Below are positions 16,357-23,519 of a DNA stretch of 35,272 nt, one piece after another. Numbering within the stretch: position 1 is the first letter of the stretch; each line of letters starts with the position of its first letter. The notes under the pieces were generated by a model, which was not told where the DNA came from, did not search any database, and worked only from the letters and a program-made list of their open reading frames with translations. The position numbers and the translations under genes are program-made. The stretch lies in the IMG/VR virus record IMGVR_UViG_3300029714_000026, positions 1-35,272 of that record; one strand, written 5' to 3'. This DNA comes from a virus.

Positions 16357-17682
16357 CTAATCATCATGGAACATATCACCTACCAGTTTCAACAGTTCTG
16401 GATCCTTTCCGGTTTGCTTGTCAGCTTGAAGCAATACATCTGCAATCAATTCGTTCAGAGAATTATACCGTTGGAGGTTTACAGCGGCATTTCCACTGAC
16501 CGTGTTACGGATGTACTTCGGGTCAGATGCAAGCTGATTCTGAACGTATTCCCGTAGGTCTGCTTCAATTTCCTGCTTAACAATATCACTGCTTTTGCCA
16601 GATGTCAAGGCCTTCGCATTGATGTAGTCCCAGTGTTTTTTGTGGTGCATTTCATGCTTCAGAATATCCTCGGCATTTTCAGCGACGAAGTAACCACCGG
16701 AAAGCTGTCCCTTGATGAAATCGGCGTTTGAAATCCGCTCATTGACGTACAGACGGTTATCAACATGGTCATAGGCTGCAATGCCGGGGATATCCTTGGC
16801 AACGATGATTTCAGGAATGGCCTGAAGCTGCTTGATTTCAGCGGCTTTGTCCGATATCAGTTGAATTGTTTTTTGAGCGTCCTTCGTATTGGTTTGAGTG
16901 AAAATGGTGTCGTGCCCTTTGACCTGATAGGCCTTGATGGAGACGATTCCATTACCATCAGAGAAATCTTTCGGTACGCCCATGAAGTCAAATTTTCTTA
17001 CTGCATACGCCGCCCTTTTCTGCGCGTTGATGCGCTCCCGGTTGGCTGCATAATCAATGCGCCGCCAGTTGTTGATATCACTGCCCGCGTCACGGTACTG
17101 CCGGAGGTATTCTTCCGGGTCATAGCCGGAAACGTCAAACTCCCGGCTGAACCGCACCGCAAACTCACAATCACAGTTGGCGTGGATGTGCTGGGCGTGG
17201 CCTTTCTTCAGCAGGTTCTTGCTGGCCCGCTGCCAGCCGTTGGAGGCCAGCATCCGGCAGAACGGGCAGGCGTCGCCGTGGGGCACCCATGCCCACTCCG
17301 CGCCGTCCCGGATGGCGTTGTGTGCGGTGGTGTCCGCTCCGGCCTGCTTTACCATGCGGGAAACGCCCTGCTGCAGGCTGGGCGGGCTGTCCTGCGTGGC
17401 CTTGACCATGCCGGTCACCTCGCCGTAGGTGGCGGTGGGTGCCGGTTCTGCGGCGGGCAGGGTGACCCCCTGCGCCTCGGCCAGGGCGTCGTACATCTGG
17501 CAGGCCAGCTCTGCGCTGCCCTCGCCGTACTTGGTCACAAGGGCGTAGGCGTAGCGGATGAGGGCGTCGGTGTCGGCTTCCGGGTGCCCGTCCATGTACT
17601 CCCGCATGAGCTGCCCGGCCTTCTGGTTCAGCTGGGAAAGCCGGGAAATGTAATCATCCCATGCCGCTTGTGTCAGTTTCAT
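16357..17682 (-). CDS. Head morphogenesis protein (MuF / SPP1 gp7 family) fused to a C-terminal HExxH zincin-like domain
   Basis: N-terminal half has AEWAWVPHGDACPFCRMLASNGW (MuF-domain Cys pattern) and follows the portal gene. C-terminal ~210 aa is lower-GC and contains HEMHH. Confidence 0.8.
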   Translation of the reverse strand: MKLTQAAWDDYISRLSQLNQKAGQLMREYMDGHPEADTDALIRYAYALVTKYGEGSAELACQMYDALAEAQGVTLPAAEPAPTATYGEVTGMVKATQDSPPSLQQGVSRMVKQAGADTTAHNAIRDGAEWAWVPHGDACPFCRMLASNGWQRASKNLLKKGHAQHIHANCDCEFAVRFSREFDVSGYDPEEYLRQYRDAGSDINNWRRIDYAANRERINAQKRAAYAVRKFDFMGVPKDFSDGNGIVSIKAYQVKGHDTIFTQTNTKDAQKTIQLISDKAAEIKQLQAIPEIIVAKDIPGIAAYDHVDNRLYVNERISNADFIKGQLSGGYFVAENAEDILKHEMHHKKHWDYINAKALTSGKSSDIVKQEIEADLREYVQNQLASDPKYIRNTVSGNAAVNLQRYNSLNELIADVLLQADKQTGKDPELLKLVGDMFHDD

Positions 17683-19066
17683 CTTCCATCTCCATCAACA
17701 CCTGTGCGCCCCGCGCCCGCTGTTCCTGCGCCTTGATGCGCCGGATGTCCGCCTGGTCAAAGCCGATCATTTCCAAAAACGTGTCCGTGCTGGCAAACTC
17801 CTGCCGGGCGGATGCGATCTTGATGGCGGCGTCCGCCGTCACGGCCACACTGGGCATGGCGGGGTTCTTGAAGTGGGCCATGATGCCGGTCTCTTCCTCA
17901 GTCAGGTCGGCCAGGCGGCAGTCCCGCGCCACGGCCTGCGCCATGCAGGCGATGGTGCGCAGGGCGTCGCCGTTGCCGGTGTTCAGCTGCTGGGCCAGAA
18001 GCACCAGCGTCTGGCTCTGGGCAAGGATGGCGTCGCTGCTGGTGGGGTTGGCGTCGTTCACCACGCCCACGTCGGTGACGGTCAGGCCGGTAGCCGCCGC
18101 AAACTGGGTGGCGGTCATCCGCATCTTCTCCACATGGGGCGTCAGGCTGCCCTGTGCCAGCTGGCCCAGGGTCGGGTTTTCGCCGGTCTCCGGGTTCGCC
18201 GTGGCGGCGATAATGGCCCCCATGTAGGTCTTGAACTTGTTGGAAATGATGGCGTCATACTGCTCATCGGTCACGCCGAGGATGTACTTCTGGGGCGTGG
18301 TGGCAAATTCCAGTGCGATGGTGGCGTTGGCTGCCGTGCGGATGTAATCGTTGATCAGAGCGCGGATGGGCTTTTTGAGCCGGGAGCGGCCGAAGGGCTT
18401 GGAGTTGGTGGCGTTCCAGATCAGCGGTTCCATCAGCGGGCGGCCCATCTTGTGGGCGTAGCGCTGCGCCGTCCAGAAGCTGCCGTTTGACTGCAGCACA
18501 ATGACCGCGTCATCCGTGTAGAAGTTGACCACGGAAGGCCGCCATGTGCCCTCGAAGTGCTCATCCTTCACGGTGTCCACGATGGCAAGGCCGCAGTCGA
18601 TGCGGCCCTTCTCGCCGCTCCAGAGGGCGGCTGCCGTGGCAGGCGAGTGGAACCGGATGCTGCAGCCGATGGCGTTGTCCCCGGACAGGGTGGCAAAGGT
18701 GCAGCCGTATTTCAGCTCGTCCCGGCAGGCCTTGGCGTACTGTGCCACAAGGCGGTTGTCGGCCACCAGCTTTGCAAGGCTGTCCAGACTGCCGCCGGTG
18801 CCCACAAAGCCGTCGAACATGGAGCGGGCCGCCAGAACATCCACGGCCTTCTGGCCCCAGCTGCAGCCCACTTCCAGGTTGCGCAGGCCCTGCGGCAGGG
18901 CAATGCCAAGGTTCACGTCCTGCAGGGTGACGTGGCCCTCGTAATATTTATCTTTCAGGCGGTTGCGGCTCTGGTGGTAGTTGTAGGCGTCGGCCAGATC
19001 CTGCAGCTGCTGCAGTTCTTCCGCGCTCAGGCCCTCCATCGGGCCAAAATTCAGGGTAACGAACAT
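17654..19066 (-). CDS. Portal protein (SPP1 gp6-like)
   Basis: ATG at 19066 after GAAAGGAG, 470 aa. Lies between TerL and MuF. The track ORF's 43-aa N-terminal extension overlaps TerL and is Arg/Ala-rich junk. Confidence 0.85.
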   Translation of the reverse strand: MFVTLNFGPMEGLSAEELQQLQDLADAYNYHQSRNRLKDKYYEGHVTLQDVNLGIALPQGLRNLEVGCSWGQKAVDVLAARSMFDGFVGTGGSLDSLAKLVADNRLVAQYAKACRDELKYGCTFATLSGDNAIGCSIRFHSPATAAALWSGEKGRIDCGLAIVDTVKDEHFEGTWRPSVVNFYTDDAVIVLQSNGSFWTAQRYAHKMGRPLMEPLIWNATNSKPFGRSRLKKPIRALINDYIRTAANATIALEFATTPQKYILGVTDEQYDAIISNKFKTYMGAIIAATANPETGENPTLGQLAQGSLTPHVEKMRMTATQFAAATGLTVTDVGVVNDANPTSSDAILAQSQTLVLLAQQLNTGNGDALRTIACMAQAVARDCRLADLTEEETGIMAHFKNPAMPSVAVTADAAIKIASARQEFASTDTFLEMIGFDQADIRRIKAQEQRARGAQVLMEMEDETDTSGMG

Positions 19067-19076
19067 GGTGCTCCTT

Positions 19077-20516
19077 TCAGCCGATGCGCATCTTGCGGGT
19101 GGGGTCGCGGCGGCAGGTCTTTGCGCCCCACAGGGCCAGCGCGCAGGCTTCCACCGGCAGGCTGTTCTCGCCGCCAAAGCCAAAGCCGCCCGCAAGGGGG
19201 CGCTTGGTGGCGGTAACAGCGCTCTCGTTCAGGGCGGTCTGGGGTGCGTACCAGGTCAGGTGCTGCTCATTCACCGCGTTGGTGAACAGGCTCACGGCGG
19301 CGATCACGTCCCGTGCTCCGGGCCGGATGACCGCGTTCTTTGCCTTCCAGACCTCCCGGATGCGCTCCACCAGCACGTCCACGCCGTTGCGCCCGTCGAT
19401 GACCACGCAGCTGGCCCTGCCGTACCGGTCGCACAGCCAGTCCGCCAGCCAGGCAAGGCCCTGCCCGGTGGGCCGCAGGTCGATGAGAGAGACGCGGGCG
19501 GGCCCCTCCTTCTGGATGACCGCCCCGCACAGGCACACAGAACTGCCGTCGGCGGCAAACTTGACGCCGTAGGCGGTTTTGCCCTCGGGCTTTTCGTCCT
19601 CGCTGGCGCAGGCTGCCCACGCCTTGCGATCGAGGGCATAGTCCAGATGTTCGGTGGCCACCGGGCTCCACCAGCCCAGGCGTTCCCGGGCGAAGGTGTC
19701 GGCGTCCAGCTGCTCGCTCTCGCCCTCAATGGTGCCGTACTGGATGCGCCGCCCCAGCGCCGGGTTGGCCGCTGCCCAGCGGGCGGGATCCTTCACGTCA
19801 CCGATCTCCGGTACGCTGAACTCGAACCACGCGGCTTTTTTGGCTTCGCCGTCCAGTGCCCGCTTGCGCAGGGCACGGAACACGGTGCCCACGGCATCCG
19901 GGCCGGGCGGGGTGCCCACATAGATGGTCTGTGGGTTCAGGCTGGCCGAAATGGCCGGGATGAAGCTGCCCTGTGCAGTCTCGTCCAGCTCCTGTGCCTC
20001 GTCGAAGATGAGCAGGTCGCCGTGCTGGCCGCGTCCGCCGTTGCGGGTACGGGCCAGAAACTTGATCTTTGCGCCGCTCTTCAGGATGATCTGCTCGCGG
20101 CCCAGCGCGGTGCGAATCTCGGAAACATACCGGCGCATTTTCGGGCCCTCAAAAAAGGCCCGCATTTCCTCAAAGGTCTCGGTGGCGGTCTTTTGCAGGT
20201 GGGCCGTGTAGATGACCGTTTCGTTGAACATGAGCATGCCGGACGCCGCCCGCCCCTGCACCAGCAGGCTCTTGCCGTTCTGGCGGGGCACGCTGCCGCC
20301 CGCCGTGGGGGCAGTCCATTTGCCGGACACGGTGCGGCCCATCCAGTCGTCCAGGATGTCGCTCTGCCACGGGTCCAGCACGGTGCCGCCCGCCCGCAGG
20401 ATGCGCACGGCATCCGGCCCGTCAGTGGCCCGGTACTCCGGCGCGATGCGTTCGGACGGCTCCTGGCTTCCCATTGCTTTCTCTCTCTGCGAGGATCTCG
20501 CCGATCTCGTCGCCAT
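19077..20516 (-). CDS. terL: Terminase large subunit
   Basis: 479 aa. Walker-A-like VPRQNGKS, Walker-B-like DLLIFDEAQE, and a C-terminal nuclease-type region. The start is ambiguous: ATG 20516 after AAGGAG, or ATG 20474. Confidence 0.85.
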   Translation of the reverse strand: MATRSARSSQREKAMGSQEPSERIAPEYRATDGPDAVRILRAGGTVLDPWQSDILDDWMGRTVSGKWTAPTAGGSVPRQNGKSLLVQGRAASGMLMFNETVIYTAHLQKTATETFEEMRAFFEGPKMRRYVSEIRTALGREQIILKSGAKIKFLARTRNGGRGQHGDLLIFDEAQELDETAQGSFIPAISASLNPQTIYVGTPPGPDAVGTVFRALRKRALDGEAKKAAWFEFSVPEIGDVKDPARWAAANPALGRRIQYGTIEGESEQLDADTFARERLGWWSPVATEHLDYALDRKAWAACASEDEKPEGKTAYGVKFAADGSSVCLCGAVIQKEGPARVSLIDLRPTGQGLAWLADWLCDRYGRASCVVIDGRNGVDVLVERIREVWKAKNAVIRPGARDVIAAVSLFTNAVNEQHLTWYAPQTALNESAVTATKRPLAGGFGFGGENSLPVEACALALWGAKTCRRDPTRKMRIG

Positions 20517-20694
20517 CGTCGTTCGCTCCTTCGATCTCTTCTATCTCCCGGATGGTCTCCCGGTACTGCTTGGTCAGCTGAGGCAGGGCGCGGCAGTCCT
20601 CGCAGGTGTCGATGCCCGCCGCCAGCACCTTGGCCAGCTGTTTGAGCTGCTCCAGCCGGGTGCCCCGCGCCGTGATGCTTTTCATGGTCGCCAT
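20422..20694 (-). CDS. terS: Terminase small subunit (putative)
   Basis: 90 aa from the ATG at 20694 after GAAAGGGGTG. Helical N-terminus and acidic C-terminus. Lies immediately upstream of and overlapping terL. Confidence 0.55.
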   Translation of the reverse strand: MATMKSITARGTRLEQLKQLAKVLAAGIDTCEDCRALPQLTKQYRETIREIEEIEGANDDGDEIGEILAERESNGKPGAVRTHRAGVPGH

Positions 20695-20801
20695 GGCCTG
20701 ACACCCCTTTCTCCGGGCCTTTGAAATTTTTCCTGTGTGTAAATCGGCGCTGGACGGCACAGGGGTCGCCGTGGGCGGGGGCGGGGGCCCCTCCCCACCC
20801 C

Positions 20802-21149
20802 TCACCAGTCGCCGTCTGAAACCTTCGGAATCCGCACGAATTTGCCCGTTTTCGGGCCGTTTTGCCCGGTTTTGTTGCCCTTTTGCGCGTTGCAGAACCA
20901 GTGTGCGGGTTGGAGGTTATTCCAATCTTCCGCTGCTGCCCGCGCGGACGGGTAACCGAACTCCCGCCAGCGGGAAACCGGCTTGATCTCGTCCACCACG
21001 AAGGATAGCGGATGCTGTGCGTCGGAAGGTTCGTCATAATGAATCGGCCCGAAACGCCCGTGACAGATGCCGCATTCGCCGCCCATCGCCCGGAGCCGGG
21101 CCCGGTGGCGGCGGCGCAGCTGGCCGTTGGCATAGCGCGGGTTGCCCAT
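20802..21149 (-). CDS. HNH endonuclease (terminase-associated)
   Basis: ATG at 21149 after GGAGGTGA. Motifs CGICHGRFGPIHYDEP...VVDEIKPVSRW...NLQPAHWFCNAQKGNK (HNH). Lies directly upstream of terS/terL, as in cos-type HNH phages. Confidence 0.8.
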   Translation of the reverse strand: MGNPRYANGQLRRRHRARLRAMGGECGICHGRFGPIHYDEPSDAQHPLSFVVDEIKPVSRWREFGYPSARAAAEDWNNLQPAHWFCNAQKGNKTGQNGPKTGKFVRIPKVSDGDW

Positions 21150-21170
21150 GCGGTTCACCTCCTGACAGAC

Positions 21171-21198
21171 AAAAAGCCTGCACATGGCAGGCAGGCTT
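21171..21198 (-). terminator. Intrinsic terminator-like hairpin between the tRNA-like gene and HNH
   Basis: Minus strand reads AAGCCTGC-CTGCCATGT-GCAGGCTT followed by TTTGTCTG. 8-bp stem. Confidence 0.5.
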
Positions 21199-21308
21199 GC
21201 ACCCCGCCGGGCACACTCCGGGGCCTTTGCAGGGGCGGGGGTGCTTTGCGGATGGGGCAGGGTACAAAATGACCCCGGGGTACAAACGAGGCCCGGGGGT
21301 GGTAAATA

Positions 21309-21384
21309 TGGAGCCGTTGGCCGGACTTGAACCGGCATCGTGACCCGCCCTGACCGGACGGTGCTCTGCTTGAGCTACAACGGC
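21309..21384 (-). tRNA. Non-canonical tRNA-like gene (76 nt, encoded CCA; anticodon position reads GUC/Asp)
   Basis: Reads GCCGTTG-TA-GCTC-AAGCA-GAGC-A-CCGTC-CGGTCAG-GGCGG-GTCACGAT-GCCGG-TTCAAGT-CCGGC-CAACGGC-T-CCA. Perfect 7-bp acceptor and 5-bp T-stem with a canonical T-loop. But the D-loop is 5 nt without GG, position 33 is G, and the variable region is 8 nt. Confidence 0.6.
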
Positions 21385-21611
21385 ATGGAATGTGCACAGC
21401 TGCCCGCAACGGCAGCTTACTGGTCAGAATGGAAGGGAAACCGCTTGGCTATGCTGCCATGCACATTGTGGGATGATGTCCAGAACCCGCGTCTATTCAA
21501 AGGCCCCGCCGGGTACAGGCCCGGACGGTGCCGCTGGATAGCAAAGCAAAATGCCCGGCTGGTACATTCAGGCTGTTGGTCGATAAAGGTTGTTCCCCTG
21601 TCGCAGCCGGG

Positions 21612-21660
21612 CAATACAAAAGCCGCAGGGTGTTGGATGTTGTCCAGCTCCTTGCGGCTT
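21612..21660 (-). terminator. Promoter-proximal intrinsic terminator-like hairpin in the late leader
   Basis: Minus strand reads AAGCCGCAAGG...(inner TGGA-CAACA-TCCA)...CCTGCGGCTT followed by TTGTATT. It begins a few nt downstream of the putative late promoter. Confidence 0.5.
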
Positions 21661-21670
21661 TCGCAGTCTA

Positions 21671-21679
21671 ATAATATCA
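21671..21679 (-). promoter_or_regulatory. Extended -10 element (TGaTATTAT) of the putative late promoter
   Basis: Minus strand reads TG-A-TATTAT with no properly spaced -35. The repeated boxes occupy the -35 and -60 regions. Confidence 0.45.
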
Positions 21680-21685
21680 CAGGTC

Positions 21686-21737
21686 AAACAGTGCAAAACA
21701 GTGCGTCTTTCATCAAAAACAGTGCAAAACAGTGCGT
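21686..21737 (-). promoter_or_regulatory. Two identical 21-bp boxes (AAACAGTGCAAAACAGTGCGT), each an internal tandem of ACAGTGC: candidate activator sites
   Basis: Copies at 21686-21706 and 21717-21737, giving four ACAGTGC cores. They start at the stop codon of the sigma-like regulator and are centred near -32 and -63 of the extended -10. Confidence 0.55.
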
Positions 21738-22157
21738 TTACTGACACTCCGGGATGTCGAGAGCCTTCACAGCACGCTTGTGCCGCCGGTATACGCGGCT
21801 TACATCCATGCCCATCTTGATGGCGATCTGCTCCCACTTCTTGCCACCGATGTACCGCAGGTACAGGATTTCATAATCCTGTATGTCCACGGTCTGGTTC
21901 ATGACGCTCAGGATCTCCTTGCAGGTCCTCTGGCACTCCATCACCTGCGCGTTGGCTGCCTGCATAGCGTCCGTAATGCGTTCCACAGAGCGGGGCAGCG
22001 CCTGACCGTCACCAGCGCCGCCGGGAACAGGGGAGAGCACCTGCGTGATATGCTCCGCGTCTGTACGGTACCGCTCTACCTCTTCCAGCTTGATCTTTTC
22101 CAGCTTTGCGGCCTTGCGGTACCGCCGTAACCATTCCTTTTTTTCTTCATAGGTCAT
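21738..22157 (-). CDS. Late-gene transcriptional regulator with a sigma-70 region-4-like HTH (RinA/ArpU/DUF1492-type)
   Basis: 139 aa. C-terminus ILYLRYIGGKKWEQIAIKMGMDVSRVYRRHKRAVKAL is a region-4-type HTH. Lies at the early/late junction upstream of the packaging genes. Confidence 0.65.
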   Translation of the reverse strand: MTYEEKKEWLRRYRKAAKLEKIKLEEVERYRTDAEHITQVLSPVPGGAGDGQALPRSVERITDAMQAANAQVMECQRTCKEILSVMNQTVDIQDYEILYLRYIGGKKWEQIAIKMGMDVSRVYRRHKRAVKALDIPECQ

Positions 22158-22180
22158 CGGGCTGCATCCTCCTTTATCCT

Positions 22181-22838
22181 CTATTCAGTTCCCCACTGTT
22201 CTGCCATAGCGTGGGCAATGCCGGGGAACGTTTTGGCCCTGTTTTTTGCGCGGTCTTTTGTAAACATTCCGCGGTGCTGATCCCCGTGCTTTGTAGAATA
22301 CGATCCAGACGGGCACCATGTGGCCACAGGTTTGACGATCTGTGTTGGTTTCAACGGGTCAAGCCCTTTCAGCCACAGACAGGTTTTCTTTGTGTACGGA
22401 TGCCCGTACTCATACGGTTGCACGGTCTGGGTATATGGCGGCAGGCAAAACACTTTGCTTGGCACCGGATTCTCTACGCAGATCTTTGGGATATCTGCCC
22501 ACCAGAACCTCATAAACAGATCGCGGCCTTGGATGCCTTTTATCACGCGCTCTTCTTGGAGTTGATGATCTTTCCAGAGATGCCTTGCTCCCGCATTGCT
22601 GAGATAGGTGCAAGGCGGGTGCGCAATGAGCAAGTCCCACTTGCCAATGTCATGCGTTACGCCGTCCATCGTCACGACTTGCCCCCCCCCTCAGAGCCAT
22701 TAGAGCGTCCCCGAAGATGTGCCACTCAGGATGCCCGCCGGACGGTTCTTGAATGTCGCACGAATACGCTTCATGCTCCAAAGCGCGAAACGCCTTGCAA
22801 ACCTCCTGTGATTCCTCGCAGGCTATAAGTACACGCAT
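22181..22838 (-). pseudogene. Small DNA cytosine-C5-methyltransferase-like gene interrupted by a frameshift at a G9 tract
   Basis: The N-terminal ORF (ATG 22838, MRVLIACEESQEVCKAFRALEHEAYSCDI...) and the C-terminal ORF (DLLIAHPPCTYLSNAG..., CVENPV) are in frames that differ by one base at 22682-22690. G8 would give one 218-aa protein. Confidence 0.7.
22682..22690 (-). repeat. Homopolymer G9 (minus strand) inside the methyltransferase-like gene
   Basis: Plus strand has nine C residues. The count is confirmed by the ORF translation ...CTG AGG GGG GGG GCA... Confidence 0.9.
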
Positions 22839-22839
22839 T

Positions 22840-23229
22840 TCAGTTTCCTCCGTATGGTTCCGGCAACTTTGCCCACGCAAGGACTTTGCGCCCGCTGGTG
22901 TGCAGATCGCCGCGCCACTTCCCGTCAATGGTGCAGTCAGTGACTACATAGCGCCTGCCGCCGGGCACCTCAATGGTGACAAGCACCTCGCCGGAGGTCA
23001 TTTCAAACATTCCGGGTCGCCATTTATCAGTGCCCTTAAATTTGTAAAAGATTGATTCGTGTTCAGGCGGTTTCCCGTGTTGCCAGTCCGGCCAGCTTTT
23101 AAGTTCAGCCGCCGGGCGTGCATCAATGACCCTCTCCACGTCCTGCAATGTGTGAATATAGCCCAGCGCGGCCTCCATGTTCAGGGTCTCTTTGAGTTCG
23201 CTGCTGTCAATCAATTTCACTTCATCCAT
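22840..23229 (-). CDS. Hypothetical protein (DUF551-like C-terminus)
   Basis: ATG at 23229, 129 aa, ending ...VLAWAKLPEPYGGN, which resembles the W..LPEP ending of DUF551 phage proteins. Confidence 0.5.
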   Translation of the reverse strand: MDEVKLIDSSELKETLNMEAALGYIHTLQDVERVIDARPAAELKSWPDWQHGKPPEHESIFYKFKGTDKWRPGMFEMTSGEVLVTIEVPGGRRYVVTDCTIDGKWRGDLHTSGRKVLAWAKLPEPYGGN

Positions 23230-23477
23230 GATCTGTCGCGTTCCTCCATCGGAATATACCTGTTTTCGCACTGGACGTTGTTGCAAAAACGCTCGGCTCC
23301 AATGACTTTCAGCGGCTTGCCACAAATCGGGCAGAATTTAGGCACCCCGCGTGTCTGGTACGGGTTTCCATCTGCCTTTGTTCCACCCGCTTGCAGCAGG
23401 TGAGCCATACACGCAATAGAGCCGGGCTCCACCACCGCCATACAGTTATGGCGTGCCTTGCAAGAACTACAACCCAT
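23217..23477 (-). CDS. Small zinc-ribbon protein
   Basis: 86 aa with RBS AGGAGG. Cys pairs CSSC...C and CPICGKP...CNNVQC. Confidence 0.55.
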   Translation of the reverse strand: MGCSSCKARHNCMAVVEPGSIACMAHLLQAGGTKADGNPYQTRGVPKFCPICGKPLKVIGAERFCNNVQCENRYIPMEERDRSWMK

Positions 23478-23519
23478 TTTTTGCTTGCCTCCTATACCGC
23501 CCCGCCGGGCGGCCTTTTG

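Noticed and set aside
17654-19195. N-terminal extensions of track ORFs (portal 19067-19195, HNH 21150-21338, Rad52-like 27806-27919, DnaB 24705-24767, DUF3846-like 31738-31785 and others)
   Set aside because: The extensions overlap upstream genes or intergenic DNA, are Arg/Pro/Ala-rich, and internal ATGs with strong GGAGG-type RBSs give the conserved N-termini.
21385-21685. ORFs of 76-134 aa on both strands in the leader between the late regulator and the tRNA-like gene (21340-21744, 21417-21680, 21568-21837, 21590-21820)
   Set aside because: No RBS, mutually overlapping, unusual composition. The region is better explained as promoter / terminator / leader (and possibly cos) DNA.
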